From contig CAWFSF010000006.1 of the NCBI GenBank assembly GCA_963818475.1, positions 1,824,001 to 1,888,000 of the forward strand: DNA of 64,000 nucleotides, given 5' to 3'. Shown piece after piece: positions 41,835 to 51,688 of the stretch (its first letter is position 1; each line of letters opens with the position of its first letter). The stretch is from Nitrospirota bacterium. GTDB taxonomy: Bacteria > Nitrospirota > UBA9217. Below the pieces are notes generated by a model that was given only the letters and a program-made list of their open reading frames with translations, was not told the origin of the DNA and searched no databases. Both the position numbers and the translations under genes were made by a program.

Positions 41835-42332
41835 CTACCGGCCCCGCTTTTTCTCCGGTTGTTTCTCCTGGTAGAACAGGACGTTGCCGCCCTCTACAAT
41901 GCTGCGATCATCACGCATGAACAGGGTTATCCGCTCCCCGCCCAGCTGATTGTCATTTTCGATGATGCGCGCATCGCCGGTCAGCACGATCTTTTCCTCT
42001 TTGCTGTAATACAGCGCCCGGTTGGCAAACGCGGTCCGCCCTTCCTTGCGCACGATCACATTGCCCAAGGCCTCGATCTCCCTGATGCCCCGGGTCCCGG
42101 AGTCATAGAAAACGGTTACCGTATCCGAGTTGAGCGTCATGGTCTCTTTTTTGAGGGTCACTTCTCCGGAAAAGATGACGCGTTCTCCAAGCTTGTCGGC
42201 TTTCATGTGGGCCGAGGTGACCACGATCGGCTCTCGTTTAAGCTCAAGCTTGCGCGCTTCATCAGGCGCAGCGGCCGTCAGCATCATCGCAGCAGCGACA
42301 AGCAGGCTACTCCTGAAGCACTGCTTTAACAT
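41835..42332 (-). CDS. lptA: LPS transport periplasmic protein
   Basis: Signal peptide; beta-jellyroll pattern (IEALGNV, IVLTGDA, GERIT); directly upstream of lptB. Confidence 0.85.
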   Translation of the reverse strand: MLKQCFRSSLLVAAAMMLTAAAPDEARKLELKREPIVVTSAHMKADKLGERVIFSGEVTLKKETMTLNSDTVTVFYDSGTRGIREIEALGNVIVRKEGRTAFANRALYYSKEEKIVLTGDARIIENDNQLGGERITLFMRDDRSIVEGGNVLFYQEKQPEKKRGR

Positions 42333-42879
42333 GCTGGTCCACCTCGATCGTAAGCATATCGGCGTTTCCCGAGAGCCCCTGCCCTTCGAGATACAGCTCG
42401 CTGCCGAGCAATTTAAAAGGGTCCGCTGTCCGCAGAATCCGCTCGCCGGCACGCCAGAACAGCGAATTGGTCGTCAGGAGATATCCCTCGCTGGTCACGA
42501 TCCTGACCTCGCGGATGCCGCGTCGGATGGAAGCATCTCCCGTGACCGTATCCAGCGTAGCGACTTCTCCCAGGAGCCGTGCTTCACGGCTGTCCGGGGC
42601 GACAAAGGTGATCTCGACATTCTTTAACTGCGCTTCCTTGCTTTCGTAGAGATCGGCGCTGCCGGCGATCATGCGCCACGAGACCCTGCCGTTCTCCGTC
42701 TCGACAAACCTGAAACCTTCCATGCTCATGAGCAGGCGATTGCCCGCTGGAGGCTGAAACAGCGCGGGCATGACACGGTCTGTACCGCGCAACAGTACAT
42801 AGGCGCTGTAAAGTGCCACAATGAGGACGAGGATGCTCCCCAGCGCTATAATGATACCCCTGTCTACGTTTATGTTCAT
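42307..42879 (-). CDS. lptC: LPS export protein LptC
   Basis: N-terminal TM; ETENGRVSW, LTTNSLFW, EGQG; lptC-A-B gene order. Confidence 0.82.
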   Translation of the reverse strand: MNINVDRGIIIALGSILVLIVALYSAYVLLRGTDRVMPALFQPPAGNRLLMSMEGFRFVETENGRVSWRMIAGSADLYESKEAQLKNVEITFVAPDSREARLLGEVATLDTVTGDASIRRGIREVRIVTSEGYLLTTNSLFWRAGERILRTADPFKLLGSELYLEGQGLSGNADMLTIEVDQHVKAVLQE

Positions 42880-42891
42880 GACGGTTAAAAG

Positions 42892-42922
42892 GCATATGGC
42901 GGCTTCTTTTGCCGCCATATGC
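42892..42922 (-). terminator. Perfect 12-bp hairpin upstream of lptC (terminator or 5' structure)
   Basis: GCATATGGCGGC-7 nt-GCCGCCATATGC followed by CTTTT on the minus strand. Confidence 0.5.
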
Positions 42923-43002
42923 ATAATTTATACCATAGGATGCTTTTGAAGTAAAGACTAAATAGTTTATGGGTTGGAAGAAATATGCGCTGCAACTCGA
43001 GG

Positions 43003-44266
43003 TCAGTCCTTGATCCGCTCCCTGAGGGACGTCAATTCACGCATTTGCTCCTCAACAAGCTTCTCGAGGCGAACAGTGGACGACCGGTCGCGCACTACCG
43101 ATTGGATAAAGCGCTTTCCCATCAAAACAAGCTCCACAACGCTCATTTCAACCGGTACGACCGATCCATCGGACTTTTTAAGGTCCCCCTGCAGGACCGT
43201 ATGGTTGTTTTGCACGGCCTCGGCAAGTATCTGTTGCGCAGCATCCGGCATGACAAGGAGCTCGAACAGGTTCTTGTGAACAAGGTCATACTTCCCCAGT
43301 CCGGTCAACTGTACGGCCTGATCGTTGGCAAAGAGAACATCGCCGTTCTCGGCAAGCACGAATATGGATTCGGCTGCATGCTCCACCAGGGTCCGGTAGC
43401 GCTCTTCGGACGAGCGGAGCTCCTCGATCTTTTCCGCGACCCACTGCTCCAGCTCCATGTTCATCTTGCGGAGCTCCGTCTGCAAGTCCTCGTTCTGGAC
43501 TGTCGTCGAAATGATGCCCGCAAGGGTGGTGAAAAAGTTGATTTCCTCATCGGTGAAATTCTTTGCCTTGCTGTAGAACACCTCGATCGCCCCGACAAGG
43601 GCGCCGTTCGAGTAGACGTAGAGCGGCAGACAGTACACCGAGGTGAATTCGGAAAGCATCAGCTCGGGAAGTTCGCGGAACCGCGGGTCTTTATTGAAAT
43701 CCTTCAGCATGACCGGTTCGAGCCGCCTGCCGACCCAGCCTTCGATCCCCTGGCCGAGCGGGATGCGTGTTTTCCCGACCGCCTCGCTGCGGAAACCGTT
43801 CGTTGCCGCAAGCACCAGCTCGTCCTTTTTCTTGTCATACAGAAAAACAAGACAGACTGTCGGCATCCATGGCCCTGGCCGTGATATCGGCCACGTCTTT
43901 CAGACGGTCCGGGAACAGGCGCGGCGAGTTGGCAGCGTAATTCACATCGTAGATGCCGAGGAACTTGATGAACAGGTCGTCCTTCATATCGAGCAGTTCT
44001 TCCTGCTTAAGGTGCAGCTCGAGATTGGCGTCTTCGAGGCGCCGGAAGTAGGGGACGATCGTTCTCCGGTAAAAACCGTAGGCCAGAAGCACGATGAGCG
44101 GCACGCAGAACAAGGAGATGAGCATCTCCCCCTGTTCGCCGCGCGCGATGAACATGCCGGCGGCTCCGCCGGCGCAGGCTGCGGCAAGCGCCAGGGCAAT
44201 AAGAACGATCAGGACCCCCTTCCGGTTGACGTCCGTCGGGCCCTGCTCTAAATCGGTATGCTGCAT
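43003..44266 (-). CDS. Membrane-anchored GAF + PAS sensor protein without output domain (frameshift ~43860)
   Basis: Two TM helices; GAF (LVLAATNG, GQGIEGWV, DPRF, CLPL); SEERYRTLVE PAS (KSDGSVVPVEMS); ends in a short coiled coil. Confidence 0.8.
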
Positions 44267-44311
44267 GGTTCATCCCTCCTGTGGGCGAACTGCGTCAGCC
44301 CTCTGTCCGTA

Positions 44312-45142
44312 TCAGCCCTTGATGAGCCTGACAAGGTCGTGCACGGCATGGTCCATGGATTCCGGAATAGCTACGTCCAGTCCCCGCTCCCGGAGCTTCA
44401 TAAACAGCTCGGTGAGCAGCGGGGGGTCGATATTGGAGGCCTTCAGCGCCTCGGCCTGCGAGAAGATCTCAGCAGGAGTGCCTGCCGTGAGCACCCCCTT
44501 GCCGCGGGCCAGCACATAGACCCGGTCGGCGAATGCGGCCACCAGGTTAAGGTCGTGCGTGGACATGATGATGGTCATTCCTTCGCGGTGCCGTTCATTC
44601 AAAAGCGTCACCAGCTCGCCCCGGGAACGGGAATCAAGTCCCTCGAAGGGTTCATCCAGGATCAGCAGCTCCGGCTGCATGACCAGGGCGCCGGCAAGCG
44701 CTACTTTCCGTTTTTCGCCGCCTGACAGATAATGGCAGATCTTGTCGCCCAGCCGGCTGATCCCCAGTTCGGCCATGACCCGCTCCACCATCTGAGCGGT
44801 CCGTTCTTTATCATAGCCATAGTTGCGGGGCGTAAAGGCGATGTCGTCCCATACCGTCGGAGACAGGATCTGATCATCGACGTTCTGGAGCAGCACACCG
44901 ATGCGCTCGCGGACCGTATTATACTTGAGGGCCGGGTTGATGTTGAAGACCGACACGCTTCCTTCATTCGGTGCGAGCAGGCCCAGGATATGGAACAGCA
45001 ACGTGGTCTTGCCGGATCCGTTCCCGCCCAGGATCACCACGCGTTCGCCCCGGTTCACGACAAAGTCCAGGCCGCAGATATGGATCTCCGTGGTGTCGGG
45101 ATAAATATGTTTCAGACAGCTTACTTTTACGAGGGTTTCCAT
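44312..45142 (-). CDS. cbiO: ECF transporter ATPase (Co/Ni)
   Basis: GGNGSGKTT, QNVDDQI.SPTV..DIAF, LSGGEKRK, LDEP. Confidence 0.9.
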   Translation of the reverse strand: METLVKVSCLKHIYPDTTEIHICGLDFVVNRGERVVILGGNGSGKTTLLFHILGLLAPNEGSVSVFNINPALKYNTVRERIGVLLQNVDDQILSPTVWDDIAFTPRNYGYDKERTAQMVERVMAELGISRLGDKICHYLSGGEKRKVALAGALVMQPELLILDEPFEGLDSRSRGELVTLLNERHREGMTIIMSTHDLNLVAAFADRVYVLARGKGVLTAGTPAEIFSQAEALKASNIDPPLLTELFMKLRERGLDVAIPESMDHAVHDLVRLIKG

Positions 45143-45221
45143 ACCATCCTTCATTCCCTGCAAGACGGAACAGGGCAATTGAGCACCGGCACCGGTGCAA
45201 AAGCGAACGTCTCCGTCACGC

Positions 45222-45926
45222 CTAGCGCCAGATGAGTACGAGCATCAGAACTATGATGCCGGTCCCGAGCGGCAGCCAGTCGTCACGGCGGAACCTGCCG
45301 GCGCCGGCCCGGGCCATGCTGCCATGATACCCGCGCACCGCCATGACGGCATAGAGACGGGACGCGCGCTCCACGGCCTTGACGAGCAGCATGGCGATGC
45401 CCTTCGAGATGTTTGTGCCGTTCTTATAAATGCTGCCCGGCGAGAAACCGCCGCGAAGCCTGATGGACACCGCAAAGTTGTCCATCATGTCGAGCAGAAT
45501 AAAGAGCGTCCGGTAGGTCATGAACAGCCCCGCGGACAGCAGCTCCGGAAGCACCGTGCTCAACAGGCCGAAGATCTTCGGATAGGGCGTGCTCACGATA
45601 AGGGTGAGCATGGCCAGCGCCGGCGTGATCGCCTTGAGGATCAGCAGCGCGTAGGCCTGGCTCCCGCCCCGCAGGCTCAGGCCGTAGAGAAGCGCAAATA
45701 CGGCGGAATAGAGCGAGAGCGCTACGACCCTGAGCCAGGGAAGGCGGGACGAGGCCACCAGAAGCAGCAGCACGACATACCCTGCCGCAAGGGGATAGGG
45801 ATTGCGCGTCATGACCGACGCTGTCACGACCAGCAGCAGGAAGATGACCTTGGAAAGCACCGAGGCCCGGTGAAGCGGCCCGGTGCCGCTGGCTGCCCAA
45901 TAATCGATCCGTGCAACATCTATCAT
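45222..45926 (-). CDS. cbiQ: ECF transporter T component
   Basis: TM helices; MTYRTLF, RLRGG, AMxxRG-like motif. Confidence 0.85.
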   Translation of the reverse strand: MIDVARIDYWAASGTGPLHRASVLSKVIFLLLVVTASVMTRNPYPLAAGYVVLLLLVASSRLPWLRVVALSLYSAVFALLYGLSLRGGSQAYALLILKAITPALAMLTLIVSTPYPKIFGLLSTVLPELLSAGLFMTYRTLFILLDMMDNFAVSIRLRGGFSPGSIYKNGTNISKGIAMLLVKAVERASRLYAVMAVRGYHGSMARAGAGRFRRDDWLPLGTGIIVLMLVLIWR

Positions 45927-45936
45927 GACGGGAACC

Positions 45937-46642
45937 TCATGGCCCGGGGGACCTCTGCGCGTCATGCAGCCCGTGTTTCAGCAGTTCCGGCTTGACCTGT
46001 GCGACAAACTTCACGACGGCTCCGGTGATCGCAGCTTCGATGAGCCATCCGATCGATCCGAGGGAAAGCACAACGATCGCAAAGGTTGTAATGGTGGGCT
46101 CTGGAGCAGCAGTCTGAGCATGGATCCCTTCTTCATGACCATGAAGCACGGCATCCACGTCAATATGCGACACCGACACCATGCCGATCAGAAGCAACGT
46201 CGTCGTGAGCAGCGTCAAGCACCGTAACGATGGCGGCCCTCCAGAACACGGGCAGACGCCGCCCCATAAGGGAGAACAAGGTGTGCCCCAGTACTGCTTC
46301 CGCGCCGAGCAGCAGCGTGTTCAGTCCGACGACCGTGATCCCTCCGTGCCCCATCAGCGCCAGAATAAGGTTCGTAATGAAGGCGGCCACAAAACCGAGC
46401 GCCGGGCCGAGGAGGATGCCCGCTACCACCGAGAGGTTGATATGATATGCGATCGGGAGGATCTCCAGGCTCATGGCAACGAGCATGACCGCCGAGACAG
46501 CACCCAGCAGGGGGATCTTCTTCTTCGCGTCCATGGACCGGAGACTGGCCAGACTGATCGACAGGGCAAGAGCCATGAGGAATAAACCGGAGAGCCAGAG
46601 CCAGACAGGAAGGATCCCGTCCGGAATATGCATATGCGTCAT
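45937..46642 (-). CDS. cbiM: Cobalt/nickel ECF S component CbiM/NikM (frameshift ~46220)
   Basis: MHIPDG N-terminus, YHINL...GILLGP, GHGGITVVGLN, EAAITG. Confidence 0.9.
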
Positions 46643-46676
46643 AGGGTGCTGCCCTTCCCTGCCGCCTCGCGTGCGG

Positions 46677-47072
46677 TCATTGGTCGTGTCCGCCGTTCTT
46701 GTGCGCTCCCTTGATGAAGACGACGCGGCCGTCTCCGCCGATAAAGATATTCAGCACCCAGCTGATGATGCTGATGAGGAGCGCGCCCAGGAACGCCGCC
46801 CGAAACGACTCGATGATGAAACCGGGGACGACATCCGAAACGAGCTTCAGAAGGGCTGCATTGATAACGAGCGTGAACAGACCGAGCGTCAGCAGGTTGA
46901 TCGGCAGCGTCAGGATGAGCACGACGGGCCTGATCACGGCATTGACAATGCCGAGAATACCAGCGGCAAGAATGCCCATTGCAAGGCTCTGTATCCTGAT
47001 CCCGTCTATGATTTTCGTGGCTGTTACCAGTGCGAGAAGATTAATTGACCAGCGTACTAAAAAACCGAGCAT
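46677..47072 (-). CDS. 4-TM membrane protein, YvlD/phage holin superfamily IV type
   Basis: NAVIRPV...LTLPINLLTLGLFTLVINA. Confidence 0.88.
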   Translation of the reverse strand: MLGFLVRWSINLLALVTATKIIDGIRIQSLAMGILAAGILGIVNAVIRPVVLILTLPINLLTLGLFTLVINAALLKLVSDVVPGFIIESFRAAFLGALLISIISWVLNIFIGGDGRVVFIKGAHKNGGHDQ

Positions 47073-47174
47073 AGCACCTCCGACAATAAAAAAATTCTAA
47101 CATACTTATGATGCATTTGCAACCACGGAGTCTTCGGCGCGGCGACACAAACATTGGACTTTCTGCCCCACGCG

Positions 47175-47203
47175 TTGAAAACAGCCGGTCGCCATGCTAC
47201 TAT
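47175..47203 (+). promoter_or_regulatory. Putative sigma70 promoter of ald
   Basis: TTGAAA-17 bp-TACTAT with a TG extension. Confidence 0.5.
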
Positions 47204-47246
47204 TTTATCAATAGTGTTGATTCGGTATTTCCGGAAGGAGCTGCGC

Positions 47247-48345
47247 ATGCAGATCGGTGTCCCTCGTGAGATCAAGACAGAAGAGTTCCGTGTCGGCATC
47301 ACGCCCTTCGGGGTGCAGGAACTGACCCGGGACGGCCAGGCGGTCCTCATCGAGAAAGACGCGGGCGCCGGAAGCGGCTTTTCCGATGAGGAATATGCCC
47401 GGGCCGGAGCAGTGATCGTCGACCGGGAGCAGCTCTTTAAAAAAAGCCGAATTGATCATCAAAGTAAAGGAGCCGCTCCCGCAGGAGTATGATCTCCTCC
47501 AGAAGGGGCAGGCCCTGTTCACCTATCTTCATCTTGCCCCTAATCCCCGGCTAACCGACGTGCTCCTGTCAAAGAAGATAACCGGCATCGGGTATGAGAC
47601 CCTGACCCGCGACGGAGTCCTTCCGCTCCTCGCGCCGATGAGTGAGATCGCCGGACGGATGGCGCCGCTCATGGGCGCCTATTATCTGCAGAAGTTCAAA
47701 GGCGGTTCCGGCATTCTCGCGACCGGAGCAAGCGGTGTACGGCCTGCCAGGATCGTGATCCTCGGCGCAGGCGTGGTCGGCACGAACGCGGCCCGGGTGG
47801 CAAGCGGCCTCGGCATGGAAACCATGATCATGAACAAAGGCACGGAAAGGCTCCAGAAGGTCGATGAGCTTTTCATGGGAAGGGTGGAAACCATGCCCGC
47901 CACGGGCCAGGCCATAGCCGAAGAGATCAAGACGGCCGACATCATCGTCGGCGCCATACTCGTACCGGGCGGAAGGACGCCGATCCTTATATCGCGTCAG
48001 ATGCTCGGGAGCATGAAAAAAGGTTCGGTCATTGTGGACGTGTCCGTGGACCAGGGCGGCTGCATAGAGACCTCGCGCCCCACGACGCATGACGATCCCG
48101 TGTACGAGCTCGACGGCATCCTCCATTACTGCGTTGCCAACATGCCCGGCGCCTATCCCCGGACTTCAACGCTGGCGCTCACCAATGCCACGCTTCCCTA
48201 TATTAAATTGCTCGCAGAAAAAGGGATCGAGAGATCTATGGAGGAAGACAGCATCCGGAGCGCACTGAACACCTATCAGGGAAAGATCGTGAACAAAGCA
48301 TTGGAGGAAGCGATGAGGATTACGAAGGAAGGTGGACGCACTTAA
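47247..48345 (+). CDS. ald: Alanine dehydrogenase (frameshift at the A-run ~47440)
   Basis: IGVPREIK, KVKEP, FTYLHLA, PMSEIAGR, GAGVVG, DVSVDQGGC, YCVANMPGA. Confidence 0.95.
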
Positions 48346-48404
48346 GGGCTCTCAAAATAATGAGAGCAAGCACCGTTATCAGCCGCGCTACATGAAAAGA
48401 TCAG

Positions 48405-48438
48405 GCCTCGCTATCTCTTCCTTTCAGAGATGCGGGGC
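48405..48438. terminator. Hairpin between convergent ald and the lipoprotein gene
   Basis: gcctcgc-t-atctct ... agagat-gcggggc. Confidence 0.45.
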
Positions 48439-48466
48439 ATAAGCTGGAATACATGCACATTAGCAT

Positions 48467-49385
48467 CTAAGGACCCGTCACGGTCACGCTTGTGCTTCCC
48501 GTGACACTAGTTATCGGGTCAGTGGCAATAACGTACACCTGCCCGATGTCTCCTCCTGCAGTTGCAACACCTTTACTAACAAGCACGCTCCCCGTTGGTG
48601 ACGAATACCAGTTCACATTCGACGTAATGTCCATCTGTGTATTACCCAGGAAAGTACCGATTGCTGAGAACGTCTGGCTTGAGAAAACCTGCATGCTAGG
48701 AGCTTGCGACGTCACCGAAATAGACGTCAAAGCAGTAGGAGTGATCTTAATGGCTGTCGTAAAGGATATACTGGTCGTGCTGGTTGGGCTGGTGAAAAAC
48801 GTATCGGTTGCGGTAATGTTTACAGTGGTAATTGTGGTTGTCACGCCGGTAGTAACGAAACCTCGCGAAACCGTTGCAATCGAGGAATCTGATGAAGTCC
48901 AGGTCAGCGTTGGAGATGACATCAGACTTTGCGAGCCTGTTGCCTTCGGACCATAAAGCTATTGCAGCAAATTGATAACTTGTCCCTTCAGCCATAACCG
49001 GATTTTCCGGAGTTATGGTAATGGTACTGGGCGTAACAATGGTGAGCAGGGAAGAACTGGTAAAATTATTGTACGGCTCGACCGCGGTGATCGTGGTTAT
49101 GCCAGCAGACAAGACTGTAACATAACCTGCGGTGCCAGCTGTCATGCCAACCGTTGCAACGGTGGGATTCGATGAGCTCCAGATCACTTCTGACGTATAG
49201 TTCAATATTAACCCATCGGAAAAGGTACCGGTAGCGGTGAATTGAGTCCCGCTCGCATAGACAGGATCGGTGGGCGTTACGGTGATCGATACGAGTTTTG
49301 CGCTATTAGAAGAGCAGCTCATGAAGCCCAGCGCGGCCATGACAAGCGCCACCACCATTACGATACCAGCTTTAAAACTCTTCAT
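48467..49385 (-). CDS. Lipoprotein with three bacterial Ig-like (Big_2) domains (frameshift ~48940)
   Basis: Lipobox-like LGFMSC; repeated SITVTP...QFTATGTF...WSSSNPTVATV; Thr/Ser-rich. Confidence 0.82.
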
Positions 49386-49462
49386 GCACTTCTCTCCTTA
49401 CGGATCGTTTCTCGAATGACCGCGCAAAAGGTCTCCGGGCGGACATGATCAAATCGGGGCTT

Positions 49463-49491
49463 ATAATACAACTTGAAACCTTCACTGTCAA
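49463..49491 (-). promoter_or_regulatory. Putative sigma70 promoter of the Ig-like lipoprotein gene
   Basis: TTGACA-17 bp-TATTAT. Confidence 0.6.
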
Positions 49492-49522
49492 ACGCTAATA
49501 TTCCGTACTCCATACCTCTCGC

Positions 49523-50041
49523 CTATGGCTTGACCTGCCCGACAAACCTCCCCTGATAGGTGGCATGACCGTCGCATTTTTCAAATATAAACTGGCAGAT
49601 CCTGGTACCGGGATATAACGCTAATGGTCCATGCCCTAAATTCACTATTTCCAGAGCCTGATGATTCGAGATGCCCGGATGCATAAAGCCGGCGGTAACG
49701 TGAACAGCCAGCCCGAAACGGGCAAACCTGCTGCGTCCTTCAAGCCGGCCTGAGATATTGTCGGCAAGCGTGATCTTCTCCTTCGTGATCCCCAGGATCA
49801 TTTCACCCGGCTTTATAACGATATACCCGCCGTCCTTCACATGAACGTCCCGGGTGATATCCTGGAAATGAGAATCGTTTTTTATGTGATAGATCTTCGA
49901 CTGTTTTTTAAAGATCCTGAAATCATTGCCGAGCGTAAGATCGATGGAACCCGGTCCGATCTGCGAGCTGTCAAGCGGCTCGATCGCGATCGATCCATTT
50001 TTCAAAGCTTTTTCTATTTCTTTCCCGATCAACACGCTCAT
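49523..50041 (-). CDS. dcd: dCTP deaminase
   Basis: GSIDLTLG, EGRSRFARFGL.VH.TAG, LEIVN, ICQFIF. Confidence 0.92.
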   Translation of the reverse strand: MSVLIGKEIEKALKNGSIAIEPLDSSQIGPGSIDLTLGNDFRIFKKQSKIYHIKNDSHFQDITRDVHVKDGGYIVIKPGEMILGITKEKITLADNISGRLEGRSRFARFGLAVHVTAGFMHPGISNHQALEIVNLGHGPLALYPGTRICQFIFEKCDGHATYQGRFVGQVKP

Positions 50042-50085
50042 CGTTCACCAGCCTCTCGATTGATTAAAAGTGCAAGCTTCTCGTG

Positions 50086-51666
50086 CTACTCCAGCAACAG
50101 CTGATTGTCCCTGGAGCGGGACTCTCCGATACTCGATACCGTGATCGCCGGCTTGCCGAGCACCGGGCACTTTGGCCTCGCAGATGCCGCAGCCGATGCA
50201 CAGTTCGAGGTCAACATGCGGCTGCTGCAGGGTAAGGACCCTCCCCTGCCGGTCACGCACCTGCACCTTCTCGAACCAGACCGCTTTCTTTGGCGTTGGG
50301 CAGACCTCCTCGCACATGATGCACGGCCGCGCATGCGCCCAGGGCAGGCACCTGTTCTTGTCGATCATGGCCAGGCCCAGTTTGACCTTGACCTTTTCTT
50401 CGAGCGCCAGCTTCCTGATGGCGCCCGTGGGGCAGACCTGGCCGCAGAGCGTGCAGCGGTATTCGCAGTACCCGATGCGCGGCACGAGCATGGGAGACCA
50501 GATGCCCTCGGCCCCTGCCTCAAGCAAGGTGGGCTGCAGTCCGTTCGTGGTGCAGACCTTCATGCACTCACCGCACTTGACGCAGCGTTTGAGAAATTCT
50601 TTTTCTGCAAGAGAACCCGGGGGGCGGATCAGAGCGGGATCCTGGGCATTGGTCCTGGCAAGCGGCGTGATGCGCAGGAACGGCACAACAGCGATGCCGC
50701 TGAACACTGACGCGATGATCCTTCTTCTGCCGAGGTCCATGGCTGCCGTTGCTTTTTTACTGCGGAAACCGAAACGTACCGCGTTCTGGGGGCAGACATC
50801 GTCGCAGTTCCAGCAGTAAAGGCACTCGGTGTCCTTCCACTTTTCCTTCTGATGAGGCGCTGCATTCCCCTGGCACTCCCGGTTGCAGGCCCCGCACTCC
50901 GTACACTCCTCGCTCACCGAACGCCGGAGCAGAGAGAATCCGGGAAAGGAGACCGAGGAATGCGCCGAGCGGGCAGAGGTATTTGCACCAGAACCGCTTT
51001 TCGATGAGGTTCAGACCGAGCACGACAAAGAAGAGCGCGCCGATGAAGACGTTCTGTTCGTAAAAAGACTGCTCAAAGGAGAGCACGGTCTTTTTCAGGA
51101 AGGTGAATATCGGCTCTGTTGCCGCTGCTGCGCCGAGCGGATTTACCGTGTACATCGTATCGAAGACCGCACCGCACGCCATAGTTGAACAGCGGATAGA
51201 TGCTTATGGAAAAAGAGCGGATCAGGAGCGAGAGCGGGTCCATGATGCCTGCGGGCTGCAGCGTGAAGACCGCTGATGCGAGGATGCCGGTCAGAATATA
51301 ATATTTGACCCGGTACCAGTCCCTGCCCTGGTGAGGCGCCGCCTGTTTTCTCAGCGAACCCACCAGGTTGTTCAGCGTGCCGAGAGGACAGGCCCATCCG
51401 CAGAAGACCCTGCCGAACACCATGGTGAGCACGATCGTTATGATCGACAGCAGGAATGCTTTTGCAGCAGCGTGGGCGGAAAGCAGCGTGGTCACAAAGA
51501 TGAGCGGGTCAAAATCAAGGAACAAACGCACCGGGTAGCCAAGCTCATCGTTCCCCTTTGATTCGGTCTGGATGAACAGGAAGAGGAACAGGAGGAGGAA
51601 TAGGCCTTGCGTCAGTCTTCGAATGTTTTGCATAGTGGGAAGGTTCGTCTTTATCTCGGTCGTCAT
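50086..51666 (-). CDS. Membrane polyferredoxin, NapH/MauN-type TM domain fused to a NapG/MauM-type domain (several frameshifts)
   Basis: GRVFCGWACPLG, RFWCKYLCPLG, multiple CxxCxxCxxxCP, RPPG, CIGCGICE. Confidence 0.87.
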
Positions 51667-51688
51667 GAAATACCCACGAAATCCCCGG

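Noticed and set aside
46677-47072. Holin as evidence of a prophage
   Set aside because: The YvlD-type 4-TM family is common in chromosomes; no endolysin, integrase or structural phage genes nearby.
46643-47246. Cobalamin riboswitch upstream of cbiMQO
   Set aside because: No B12-box or conserved core recognised by eye; an Infernal/Rfam scan would be needed to exclude it.
47435-47450. Programmed ribosomal frameshift in ald (TTTAAAAAAAA)
   Set aside because: A slippery-looking run, but homopolymer indels occur throughout the window, so assembly error is more likely.
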